Assembly (NCBI GenBank): GCA_035221665.1 | Contig: CM069150.1 | Location: 31,124,001 to 31,188,000, forward strand | Reading direction: 5' to 3' | Source of the DNA: Okamejei kenojei | Lineage: Eukaryota | Length of the DNA stretch: 64,000 nt | Shown here: piece after piece, positions 1-11,395 of the stretch | Position numbering within the stretch: the first letter of the stretch is position 1 | Layout: every line of letters begins with the position of its first letter | Notes under the pieces: generated by a model | The model's input: the letters and a program-made list of their open reading frames with translations, nothing else | Database searches by the model: none | Told to the model about the DNA's origin: nothing | Made by a program: the position numbers and the translations under genes

Positions 1-197
1 GCCTGTTATTTGCAATGTCTCTCCATATCCAAGCCTCAATGGCAGATGGAAATAACAGAATTTTTAACTGGAAGGTGTTAAAGGAAGAATTTTGTGGTAA
101 AATGTTTTTACTGGGCAGCATTTGAAATTCCTCAATGTTACAGAAATTGATTCTGGTTTTCAGTGATTGCTAATTGTAGGTAACATTAATTTTTCAG

Positions 198-386
198 GTC
201 GACCTTAAATTTCCATCCTTTGTATCAGAGGGTGCAAAGGATCTCATTAGTAGATTGCTTAAGCACAACCCCAATCAACGGCTGCCACTGAAAGGTGTAC
301 TTGAACATTCATGGGTGGTTCAAAATTCCACGAAACCAAGCACCCAGAAAAAAGCCCCTTTGTCTTCATCTAATCCCAATCCTTAA
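198..386 (+). CDS. AURKA: Aurora kinase A, last coding exon (end of kinase C-lobe, C-terminal D-box region, stop)
   Basis: After the acceptor ttttcAG (196-197) the frame reads [62 protein letters not shown], matching the human AURKA C-terminus ([39 protein letters not shown]). Convergent FAM210B neighbour supports A rather than B/C. Not in the ORF track because it has no start codon. Confidence 0.93.
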   Translation, partial: VDLKFPSFVSEGAKDLISRLLKHNPNQRLPLKGVLEHSWVVQNSTKPSTQKKAPLSSSNPNP

Positions 387-1230
387 ACCAGAAAGGTGAT
401 GGAAGAGATGCTGGGAATGAGACTTTGCAGTGCAATGACTTTATCTTACTGCCTGCAGCCACTATTTAGTCTGGTTTGGGAAGCTTGGAAATTACCGTTA
501 CTATTTCCACAGACAACTCGGGCTTGAAAAGAATTGGTGAATTTCTTAATTTGCCCATTATAATGTAAAAAGAAAATGTGGGATTAAGTAGAATTCCTAT
601 CAACCCTACTGTGATGCTTTATATGGCATTCTGTTTACTGTAAATATCTGTACTGTAATGACTCCAAATTGTGATCTTGAATCTCCAAAGCTACATTGCT
701 GTTCAAAAGGTGTGTATGATTGCATCAGTTTGTTAAGCCTGTTGAGTTTAATAAAATGATTGCAGGGTTGAATTCTGACTTAAGAGTGGTTGTTAAAATG
801 GGGGGGAAATGGGGTACTGATGCATGGTGAGTTTGTATGTTTCAGTCTCCCTTTGCCCACTAATTTATTTTGCTTGTAGCTTGAAGCCAGTTTTTTTTTT
901 TTTGGCAGATTGTTTAGTTTGTTAATATCTCTGCACAAATACCATGCTCAAAAACAATGATCTTATTTGGATTTGTTAAACATGGATTCTTTTAAACTCA
1001 AAGCCTTGTGCATAGTGAAACAATTGCACGTTGAACTCTGTAAATGGCAACATTTGATCTATCAAAAGATTGCAGTTTCAAGAATACATGACTAATGTTA
1101 ATTTTCCTGTAATTTCTTGATCCAAGCAGAAGCTTATTTTAGTAATGCGTACAATGAATGTCTAGATATTATAGCTGTAAAATAAAGATTTGACTTTTTG
1201 CAATAAACTTTCTATACCTTTAATTTCTCC
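387..1230 (+). other. AURKA: AURKA 3' UTR with candidate poly(A) signals
   Basis: AT-rich unique sequence after the stop; AATAAA at 750-755, 1181-1186 and 1202-1207 with T-rich sequence downstream. The true end is not determinable from sequence. Confidence 0.6.
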
Positions 1231-1439
1231 TTTGTGCACATTTGAGACTTAAACACCCAGTTCCCCTTTAGATGCCTTTACTAACTTGTTTTGTATGTAT
1301 GGCTTAAATGGGGAAAACCTACTCTGGAATATGTGAGATAGGCAGTTAAACTGCCTTCCACCAAACATTGTAAACAATGTTAACTAAAATGGAACTATCT
1401 GCAGACAGGGGCTGAAGATGATGGTTTTCACTGAAGATA

Positions 1440-1605
1440 GATGGACATGTTGGAGTAACTCAGTGGGGCAGGCAGCATCTGTGGCAATAAGGAATAGGTG
1501 ATGTGTTGGGTAGAGTGAAGAAGGGTCTCGACCCAAAATGTCACCTATTCCTTCGAGTGAGAGATGCTGCCTGTCACAATGAATTACTCCAGCATTTTGT
1601 GTCTC
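1440..1605. mobile_element. Penelope-type terminal repeat in inverted (self-complementary) arrangement, degenerate hammerhead core
   Basis: ggagtaactcag..aggcagcatct..aaggaataggtga is mirrored by tcacctattcctt..agatgctgcct..ttactcc, around gtgaagaagggtctcgacccaaaatgtc. Confidence 0.6.
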
Positions 1606-1914
1606 TCTTTGCACATTCAGGCTGGGTAATTTATAAACACAAATCTATAGTCAAATTAAAACTCACTGGCTTTCACTTGGTGAAATGTAATCCATTTCCA
1701 AATTTCATGAAAAGGTACATGAATCATAAATTGAGTCTTAAATCAATATTATTGACATTGCATGGTAATATTGTACTAAAAACAATAGTCTGGTCTATAA
1801 ATTGGCCTAAAACCTGCCTTTTGCATTTGATCTACAGCAAAACCTTTGTTCAACTTTGAAGGAAATCAATATCAAAATTATAGCCAAGCACTATTTCAAT
1901 AAAAGAGAACAACT

Positions 1915-1920
1915 TTTATT
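1915..1920 (-). promoter_or_regulatory. Candidate distal poly(A) signal of FAM210B
   Basis: AATAAA on the minus strand (tttatt), preceded on that strand by several TGTA motifs and followed by T/G-rich sequence; would imply a ~4.1 kb 3' UTR. Confidence 0.4.
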
Positions 1921-2850
1921 TACAGATACCACACTTTACTTTCAAATTTATACAGTTCACAATATAAATTTACTGTACAGGTAATTTCATTTGTATTTCA
2001 AACCAGTCAACTTTTGAAAATAAAGCTTTAGTAACAAATATGATTTTTTTTGCTTTTGATTTTGTGTAAACAATACAAACAGCAAAGTTTGATAGGATGC
2101 CAATTCACCAAAGTGGATATAAATAAAAACATTGTACAACAAACTTGATTTGACCATTGCTTAAGCATTTGCCTTGCCAACATTATTGAACTGTCAAGAG
2201 GTCAGCTACTTTAATTTTAAAGTCCAAATACCAGATTTATTTAAAATGCATAGTGAAACCCTAGAGTGTTTCGTGAGCTGTTATGCCATTATTTAATGAC
2301 TCGGGAGATTATTGCTTGTACAGCATACTGTTTCAGACTCGCAATTGTTAATGTGCTTGGCTTATCGCTTAATACAAATGCCATGGTTGTTTTAGTTATG
2401 GTGCTGTCTGAAAATTATTCTTTGTCAGTGGCAATGATAAAATAATCCTGAACATATGGACATCAGTTCTGATCCTGGAGAAGACAGGAAGGGAAAATAT
2501 ATACATTTGAAATAAAGGCAGGTTTCTTATGGCTGACTATTCTATTTTTTGAGATGCAAAGAAATCTTAAACTGCCCACTGTACTCTTAAGGGTTATAGT
2601 ATCCATGATACTTCAGCTGTAATGTGCCTTTATTAGCTCCCACTAAAGCTTGAAGCCAGAACACTTCCTGTGTGACCATTCGCAACTTGAGGATTTGTGT
2701 TGGTTGTTTAAAATAGCTGATTAAAGTAGTTTGGAATTGACAGTTAGCCGTCGCCCAAGTTGGTGAATCTGATGGATCAACCCGTCAAATGTCTCCATTT
2801 ACTTTGATGGAGGAAATGGTTATTTTTTTTGCTAATTCTGTTTTAATGTT

Positions 2851-3105
2851 TAGTGGTACAGCCCTTCAGCCCAGAGTCTACTGATCATCAATCACCATTT
2901 ATACTAGTTCTGTTAACCTACATTCTCATCCACTCCTGACACATTAAGGATAATTTAAGGCAAATTAACTTACTATCTGGCATGTTTTTGGGATGTGGGA
3001 GGAAATTTGTGCATTTACAGGGAGAACATGCAGACTCCACAGAGACCATACCCACGGTCAGAATTGAGCACAGGCCTCTGGCATTGAGGCAGCAACTGTG
3101 CTTCT
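2851..3105 (-). mobile_element. Degenerate HE1-like tRNA-derived SINE
   Basis: Reverse-strand SINE core (gggatgtgggaggaaa..cagggagaacatgcagactccac), shared with many copies in the window. Confidence 0.7.
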
Positions 3106-4149
3106 GTCTTCTGGATTAGTGCCAGCAGCTGTCAAATGTGAAGACTGACTGACTCAAGTTTTGCTTGGTAGTCTACTTTCCAAAAAGATCAATGTATTTT
3201 GGTTGAAGATGGAGACTGCAAGAATAGGAATTGGTGTTTAATATTACTAAAGTTTTTGTTCATGGGATGTGGATGTTGCATTTATTGTCCATCCCTAATT
3301 GCCACTAAATTAAGGCAGTGCAACAAATCAACCACATGGGTGGTTTTGGAGTTGAACAATTATTTTAAATTCCAGATTTACTCTAAATTCCCTGTCTGAT
3401 TTTGGTTCATGCTTCTGGAATGATGTCCAGATCATTGGTTGACTGTCCAGTAATTTAACCATACTTATTACTTGTCAGAAATGGCTCAATAAGGCTTGTG
3501 GGTTTGTTTTATTTTTGATATGATACCAAAGTTATTTTAATATTAACATATTCAGTCCATTTCCTATATCAATGGAAATGTTTACCAAAAAACCAATGCA
3601 GTAAGTGGATTTAAAAACATGCACAATAAAGACATTTGACCACGTGGGTCAAAAACTTGCATGTACTAACGTTTCCAAACTAACAAGTTGACAATTTGTG
3701 ATCAAAGTAATTATCTCACATTTCTACACAATAGACCAACGCATGTAATATTACATGTTAACATAATTACATGACTACTTGGGATCACTGGACTTAAACA
3801 ATAACTCGAATTAACCTACTGTCCCCGTTTTCTGACAAGTTGCAGCAAAAGCATCATCTGTCAGGAATCCATAGATCAAGGAATTCCATTTTAATGGCTT
3901 TGAAGGGTACATGTGCTTCACTTACTCTCAAGTACTTCAAGATTTAATCAGTGATTTAACCTGCAGCCCAACTGTATTATCACATTGCTTGATACTACCT
4001 GGCATTGGCGAAGAATTAAACTTGTTGCAGCTTGCACAATTTGAGTTGGCTAACTAAATGTCCTGCAAGGTAAATTATATACAAGAGTGCAACAAAATGC
4101 TAAACCTGAATAAAAATAAATTGATTTATTTACTCTGCCTCTAAACCAG

Positions 4150-5185
4150 TGGGTGGTGCCAGCAATGGCTGCCTCACCAACAGGTCTGTCCTTTCCTCCT
4201 TTGTATTTTAATGTATGTTTTAGTGATCTTAGGCTTGTTTCATGTGGTGTGGAGGGGGGGGGGAGAGGAAGAGTTGGGGGAAGTTTTTTCTAATCTCTTA
4301 CTTCGATGGAGATGGATTTTATTTTTCCTGTATCGTATCTGTCCGCACTGCGGCCTAACATCGAGGAGTTGGCGACCTTTGAGCTTGCAGATGTAACATC
4401 GCAGATTCCTTTGCGAGGGGTCGACCATAGAGCTCTAACTGGGTGTTTGCAGACTTAACATCATGGAGCCCGTGGTCTCTGGTCAGAGACCAACTTCGGG
4501 AACTCCAAGCCGTGGGAGTTTAGAAGGATGAGGGGGATCTTATAGAAACATCACTAGAGTTTGGAAGGATGAGGAGGGGGATCTTATAGAAACATATAAA
4601 ATTATAAAATGACTGGACAAGCTAGATGCAGGAAAAATGTTCTCAATGTTGGGTGAGTCCAGAACCATGGGCCACAATCTTAGAATAAAGGGGAGGTCAT
4701 TTAAGACTGAGGTGAGAAAAAACTTTTTTACCCAGAGAGTTGTGACTTTATGGAATTCACTGCCACAGAGGGCAGTGGAGGCCAAATCACTGGATGGATT
4801 TAAGAGAGTTTGATAGAGCTCTAGGGGCTAGTGGAGTCAAGGGATATGGGGAGAAGGCAGGCACGGGTTATTGATAGCGGACGATCAGCCATGATCACAA
4901 TGAATGGCGGTGCTGGCTCGAAGGGCCGAATGACCTCCTGCACCTATTTTCTATGTTTCTATGACGCGGGGGCTTCGATCGCCCCGACGGCGGGAGAATG
5001 AAGAGGAAGAAGATTGGACTTTTTTGCCTTCCATCATTGAGGAATGTGGGGAATCCGCTGTGGTGGATGTTAATATTTATGTAGTTGTGTGTCTTGTTGC
5101 TTTATTTTCATATTGCTGTATGGTAATTTGCATATCACTACCGTAATTGGTATATGTGACAATAAAAGACGTTTAAAACCTTTGA
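4150..5185 (+). mobile_element. Unclassified interspersed repeat (retroelement 3'-UTR-like) interrupted by a CR1 fragment
   Basis: CpG-rich block with cttcgatcgccccgac motif, ending gtgacaataaaa plus a short tandem tail; split by the CR1 piece at ~4516-4962. Confidence 0.45.
4516..4962 (+). mobile_element. CR1/HER1-like LINE, 5'-truncated 3' end
   Basis: Encodes the CR1 ORF2 C-terminus (GDLIETYKIIK..FFTQRVVTLWNSLP); 3' UTR ggctcgaagggccgaat and (tttctatg)n tail. Confidence 0.85.
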
Positions 5186-6041
5186 AAGGAGAGCTTGATC
5201 TTTTCAGGAATGTTCTCTGGAGCATTTAAGGAACAGCAGCTGGGACATTATGGAACTGGGCAACTACCTGCAATCTGTGACAGGAGCGAAGCTTGCACAT
5301 GCTGGTAGTGTCAAACTTTCCTGATCAATTATCTAGATTTTCAGGATCAAAGCAGTATTTTTAATTTAATTTAAATGAATGTTTCTAGATCTTATTTGAG
5401 AGAGAAAATTAAAGTTGTATTTTCCTCAATGCCCTCTATTACTTTGACACAACACTTTCTCATTTTGCAATAACAATTTATCACAACTTTCCATGGGCCA
5501 ACTGAAAAATTCATGTCTGCCTTGCATTTAAATTGAGTGTTGGGAAAATTAGCAAACGGGCTGCTCAAGTAGATCGTCAAGGAACGACTAGCTGTAGGAA
5601 TGAGTAATATGGTGTTCTTAACAGCCAAATTATTGCATTTATGAATAAACCTATGAAAGCCATTTTAAAAATACCATTTATAATATATGCCCAAGAAATG
5701 GAGTTTCATTTTAGTCTTCAAGAATCATGGCAAAGCAAGCAATTCTGTTCCCTCCATTCAGATTGTCCTTTTGACATCGTTATGGTGCCTTGTGTAACTT
5801 ATAAATATAGTCACAAGCACCATAAATTGCAGGTTAGCCACATGGAATTTGTCACCAGGATTAATTTTACACAGCAGCTGTTGTTCTCCTGCATGGTGCT
5901 CAAGTTAAGACAGAATTTCAGCATTTAATGCCAATACATTTTAAACAGTGAACATGCCTGAGGCTGGGAGGGTGACCACAGGATAGGTTTCACTGTACTA
6001 TACTCATACTTCACATCTATCCTGTCTTAAACAGGATTCCT

Positions 6042-6258
6042 TCATGGTTTGGAAGGAGAAGTTTTAAAAAGTCCCATCTTGCGAAAGTACCTCACTAATA
6101 GTGGCACCGAAACCAAGGTAATGCTCATTCGTACTGGGGCAAAGACCTTGTGGACGGCGTAGGCTATTACAAAGGTACTGGTCCCAGCTGCCATCCTGGA
6201 CTGCACCACTGTTTCATTAAATCCCATCTTGTAAAGGATTGTAGTTACATCCACACCA
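6042..6258 (-). CDS. FAM210B: FAM210B exon 3 (C-terminal part of DUF1279, stop)
   Basis: Polypyrimidine tract plus AG at 6260-6259; reads (S)GVDVTTILYKMGFNETVVQSRMAAGTSTFVIAYAVHKVFAPVRMSITLVSVPLLVRYFRKMGLFKTSPSKP*, matching the FAM210B signature AAGTSTFV.AYA.HK.FAPVR.SITLVSVP. Phase-2 junction with exon 2 (AG|T = Ser). Confidence 0.95.
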
Positions 6259-6589
6259 CTGGGGGGGAAAAAAAACCAAAACACCTTTAGCAAATAGCTC
6301 AAAAAACAATACATTATGTAACACAAGAGGATAATTAAATTATATATATATATATACTTAAAACGGTGTGTGTGTCTGTTGACCCCCCCCCCCCCCCCGT
6401 ACTCGGGTACTGAAGCACATTCGGGGTCCAGACCCAACGGGTCTGCATTTGGTCTAGTATATAAGAAAAACTGCTTATTACTCAGAAGGGCAGACACACA
6501 TCTGTGGAAAGATGGTGTTTCCGACACTTGCAACATTTCCAGTGTCTTGTCTTATGATTAGACATCTTTAAAGGATTCTGACTTGAACC

Positions 6590-6855
6590 ACAAGATCAGA
6601 CTGGGCATTCAGCCCATCCAGTCTCCTCCACCATTCAATCATGGCTGACCTATTTTCTCGCCTCCCTTTCCTATTCTTCTAACCTCTCCCCATAACCTTA
6701 TATGAACCTACTAATCAAGAACTTATCAATCTCAGCTTTAAATATGCTCAATGTCTTGTTTGGAGCCGTTTGGAGCAATGGACTCCACAGATTCACCACC
6801 CTCTGGCTAAATAAATTCCCCCTCATCTCCATTGTAGAAGGTACATGCTTTTATT
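6590..6855 (-). mobile_element. Degenerate CR1 3' end
   Basis: cattcagccc..ccattcaatcatggctga..ccacagattcaccaccctctgg is the reverse complement of the CR1 tail seen elsewhere in the window. Confidence 0.7.
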
Positions 6856-8965
6856 AAACTTGGAGCTAATTTAATTAATTTTGATCACAAGGTGCTGGAC
6901 AAGACAGACGTTTTGGGTCAGGACCTTCCACCTGGCTGATATAGTGGAGGGGAGAAAGCTGGAACAAGCAGGAGAGGAAAGGGCAATGTTAGAGTTTGCA
7001 CGTGATAGTTGATTGCAGATGAGATGGGGTCATTGTCAGGTGGGTGGAGATTGTAACACAAGTCTCGAGGTGAAGGGGGGACGGAAGTGCAGATGAGGAA
7101 GATGGGGCGTGAAATGTAGAACCATTAGGAGGAATAGTGGTGTAAGGGGGAGGGAGTAGGAATAGAGGGGGGGGGGGATTTGGAATTGAAAGGGAAGGAA
7201 ACGTGAGTAGATGGAGCATGGGAAAGGAACTGGTTGATGGGCAGGGGAACAGAAAGAAAGATGTGCTGCCGCCTGTAATCTATTTTGATGTACTGATCTT
7301 TTATATGCATATTTATTATCCAGATTTGTGAACCTTTTCTTAGGCCTTAATAATTGGAATGTGGCAGGAAAATTTAAAAGCTAATAAAATTACAGATTGT
7401 TCCATGACAGCAATTAATGCTGTACTTGTAAGCACTTAAAATGTTTAGTGCTACTGGCAGACCTCCCTATTTGCAAAAAGTGAAGATACTTAGCTCTAGT
7501 GTAATGTTTCAGTCCTCATTTCTATGATTAGGGACTTTTTACATGTTACCTTCCTCAAAACCTCAAATACAAATTGGCCTTTATTTCCTCAGTAAGGCAA
7601 TGTATGCAATCACATTATAAATGTAAATGGATGAATTTGGATTATTTCAAATTTGGCACTCAAAACAAGGATTAAACCAATCTAAACTTATAACTGTATA
7701 TTGATAAGCAATAAAATGTCTCTGGTTTCTTTCATCTAACTGCTTAGACTAAGTACAATGCCACATTTCACTACTGACTTGCAATAGATCCCTGTTGCAC
7801 AATCGCCCTCGACCAAATATAACATTTCTAAGTTATAGTGCTTATTATATACCGAACTCACTTATTTTTTGTTTATCGGTTTTATATTCAAGTAGTAATA
7901 GAACATTTCTCATTTCAACCACTCTGTCGACACACAACAATTCCAAATCAGGCATTGCCCTGTTTAAATGCACAACAAATCTTTAACCAGAGCCTGCCAT
8001 TTTTCTCTGCCTCGGTTAAATTTACTACGCAGTTGGTTCTCTGGTCTTTCCGACTCGGGGAACTTCGTGTCAGCTGCTTTTATTCACATAAAGGATGATT
8101 TGCAACTAAAAGACAGTTTTAATTTGTTGACCAAGCTAGAGTGGGAATGGAACAATGAAAGCTGAGTTAATTAATGTGAAAGAATTCTGCCGAGGAAGTC
8201 CCAGGAAAGGAAGTTAGATCGAAAGAAACACGAGAAAGAGCAGTTCTCCCAAGTTAATGAAACCAGCTCAGATTTACTTGCTACAATATTCAAACACAAT
8301 ATGTTATAAAACACATGATATAATTTGTACTGTGATTGTAGCACAGGAAGTTCTGCTACAATGCGTTAGTTGTGTTCTTAAGGAACTTTGTGTTATAGAA
8401 AATCATGATGGAAAACAATTGTGTCAATGGCAAAGTGGGGATTAGTGGGCAAGAGCATTTCAGACTCATAATGACAGTTTCTTTCCCCACTGGATTTTCA
8501 TGAATAAAAAGTATTTTTAATAGCTATGTGTATTTTTGTTACTGGAAGCAAAAAGTACTAAAGGCTGTGTGTTACATTGTTTATCGAGTATCATTGCACA
8601 AGTGTAATTGCCAGTGTAGATTGAACTTTTCTTTTTTTTCCCTGTTATGTACTATGTTTACATATTCACATATTCTGTTGTGCTGCAGCAAGTAAGAATT
8701 TAATTGTCCCATCCAGGACATATGATAATAAAACACTCTTGACTCTTAATAAAAAAAGGACAATAATTGATTTCCAACAGCACAATTTAAAACAGACATG
8801 CAAAATAAGTTTGCATATTTTATCCGCTTTTAAATAACAATTTTCTTTAATAAGCTATTATTTGTTAATGTTTTAAGTTTAGCCATTGGTATATATTGTT
8901 GTGATTGGTTTGATTTTAAATGTTATTAATTAATTATTGCTAAATCAGCTGATTTCCACGATGAG

Positions 8966-9260
8966 TTTAGTTTAGAATGGATGAGCATGGAAACTGGCGC
9001 ATCGTGCCCGTGCCGACCAGTGATCCCCGTACACCAGCACCATCCTACACACTAGGGACAATTTACGATTTTACCAAGCCAATTAGCCCACAAACCTGTA
9101 CATCTTTGGAGTGTGGGAGGAAATCAGTGCACCCGGAGAAAAGCCACGCGGGTCACAGGGAGAACGTACAAACTCCGTACAGACAGAACCCGTAGTCAGG
9201 ATTGAACTCTGGTCCCTGGCGTTCTAAGGCAACAACTCCACTGCTGTGCCACCTTGCCGC
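8966..9260 (-). mobile_element. HE1-like tRNA-derived SINE
   Basis: (gttta)n tail at left, conserved core gagtgtgggaggaaa..gggagaacgtacaaactccgtacagacag, tRNA-like head at right. Confidence 0.8.
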
Positions 9261-10567
9261 TCTGTGCTCTGAAACACCTGTTCAATGAAGTGTAAATTTG
9301 TTTAATTTTTGGATAGAATGAGAGAAAAGAAGAGAATGGATGCACTAACTTAAATCACAGCTCAATAGTCTAACAATCTGGTAGATTAACTGCTGGAAAA
9401 TGCTCATTTCTTCAGCGACATTGGCACAAGCATCTTTTATTCCAGCTCTGATGAGATGCAGTCACTGATAAAAGAGCTTAAAGAGAAATCATGGACTTAG
9501 GGTAGCATGAGATTCAGAAGCCCCAGGCTATGAGACGCAAGGACTCGACCTTATGGTTATTTATCTTATAATCTTTAACCCACTCAAACCAGTGTGAATT
9601 GGAGTTGAAATTAAGGGGAAGCAATCTTTGTTATTCTTTCCATAGCAGTTGGCAAAGATTCCCAAGCACCACCCCTTTGGTGGCTGGGAACAGATTGAGA
9701 ACAAAGCATAGAAATGTCCCCAAGCAGAAAGAAGCTGAATATAAGCAACCGCAGTGTCCCAATTAAATTATCTTTAATACATTGAGAACTAAAGTCTGTA
9801 AAAAGTGCCAGATAACATGTGCTGAGGTTTTAGTTTCTTATGCAGTTATCACCACTATTGCCTAGAGCAATATAGATCCTCCCATCATGATTAAAATCAG
9901 GCTTCTTCCAAACTAGCAATATGTGTATAGTTTCACATATCTTGTGATGCAGTCCACATGCCTTCCTACCAGAACAGACAGTCATTAGATTTAGCATGAG
10001 TGAATGGATTGTAGCAAGACAAACAAGGCATTCCAAATGGAAGATATTATCATATCAAAGTTAAAACTGTCAAGACATGTCTAAAATGCAAAAAATAGTG
10101 ACATTCAGAATTGAACTAACTGCTCTGAATAAATGATGCTGCAAGAAACATAAGGTATGATCAATGAAGGAGACGAATTCTATCCTGTTACAACTATGAG
10201 TTAGAATTAAAATACGCCGTGTTATTATCTAACCCTTCTGAAAATGGTCACCAAATGGTTACTAAATTCCTGGAAATCAGCTCAGCAAAATTGTGCTGAT
10301 AGAATTGGGATGGAAACTAGAAAATAGATTTGTATTCCTCTGATTCCTTTGAATAGCAACTAATATTTGCACCTATTCAACTTAACACTCACATCATTAC
10401 ATAGATTTTTACATCTGTGTTTTAAATCTAGTACTGCATTTTAAAACTGTTTAAAGCTAGGTTTTACATCTGCACTGTGCTAATCCATTTAGTACATTTA
10501 TAAGATTTTATTAGAGGAAGAAAGTACTAGTATTTTAAACGATACAAATATTTTAAAGCCTGCTCAT

Positions 10568-10662
10568 CTGAAGAAGGGTCTCGACCTGAAACGTCACCCA
10601 TTCTTTCTCTCCAGAGTTGCTGCCTGTCCCGCTGAGTTACTCCAGCTTTTTCTGTTATCTTC
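10568..10662 (+). mobile_element. Penelope-type terminal repeat with intact minimal hammerhead-like core
   Basis: CTGAAGA-A-GGGTC-TC-GACCT-GAAAC-GTC at 10568-10595, followed by the family sequence acccattc..gctgcctgtcccgctgagttactccagc. Confidence 0.65.
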
Positions 10663-11239
10663 AAAAACATTTATTCCACAAATAGTTACCAACGATGCAC
10701 TAGTTTTGAAATCACAATTATGTTCTGTAGTCGAACATGGCAGCTAACTTCGTTCACAGGCTACCATGCAACTAAATTAAATTAATATCCTGCTATCCAC
10801 TGATTTTATAACATTAATTATAGTAATAGATCCAATTAATAGAATACTGGTCAAGACATGAAGATAAAATATTTGGGCTAAAATAAAACTACCATTTGGT
10901 GCAATGTTTCTATGTGCTACACAATCAAATTTAGTCAAAGAATGATCACTGGAAGCCTTTGCGTTTTTGCTCTGTCAGTAACTCACTTCCAGATTTTTTG
11001 TGTTCCGTCTCCTTGAGTATGGCAAGCACAAACGATAATCACCAAGAATGTGCAATGACATCAATGGATCAAGATACAAACTTTGAAGTCACTTGTGCAC
11101 AATTGTTGTATATGCACGACTGACACAAGGCAGGCCTTCATTAAACTGATCAGGCGTGCTTTGGCAATAAAGGACCCAACCTAACTAGATCTGCTGCAAG
11201 GAGTCAGAGATATGCGTAGTCTTCCTGGAAAAAAAAAAT

Positions 11240-11395
11240 CCACACGTCTCTGAGATGTGGGGAAACAAGCATCGAGAGGAAACTCATGCTGTCAGGGAGA
11301 ATGTGCAAACACCACACTGACAGCACCAAAGGTCAGGATTGAACCCAGATCACTGGAGCTGTGAGGCAGCTACCAGCTGGATCACTGTGCTGCTC
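11240..11395 (-). mobile_element. Degenerate HE1-like SINE (5' half)
   Basis: gggagaatgtgcaaac..ggtcaggattgaaccc..gagctgtgaggcagc. Confidence 0.7.

Noticed and set aside
387-1230. Possible CPE/EDEN maternal-mRNA control elements in the AURKA 3' UTR
   Set aside because: Only scattered U-rich and UGUA words, no more than expected in AT-rich sequence.
3742-3757. 16-bp palindrome CATGTAATATTACATG (and a 10-bp hairpin at 53960-53983)
   Set aside because: Short and AT-rich, with no supporting context.
6259-6536. N-terminal half of the 164-aa ORF 6042..6536
   Set aside because: Intronic read-through across (TA)n and G-runs; FAM210B similarity starts only at the splice acceptor.
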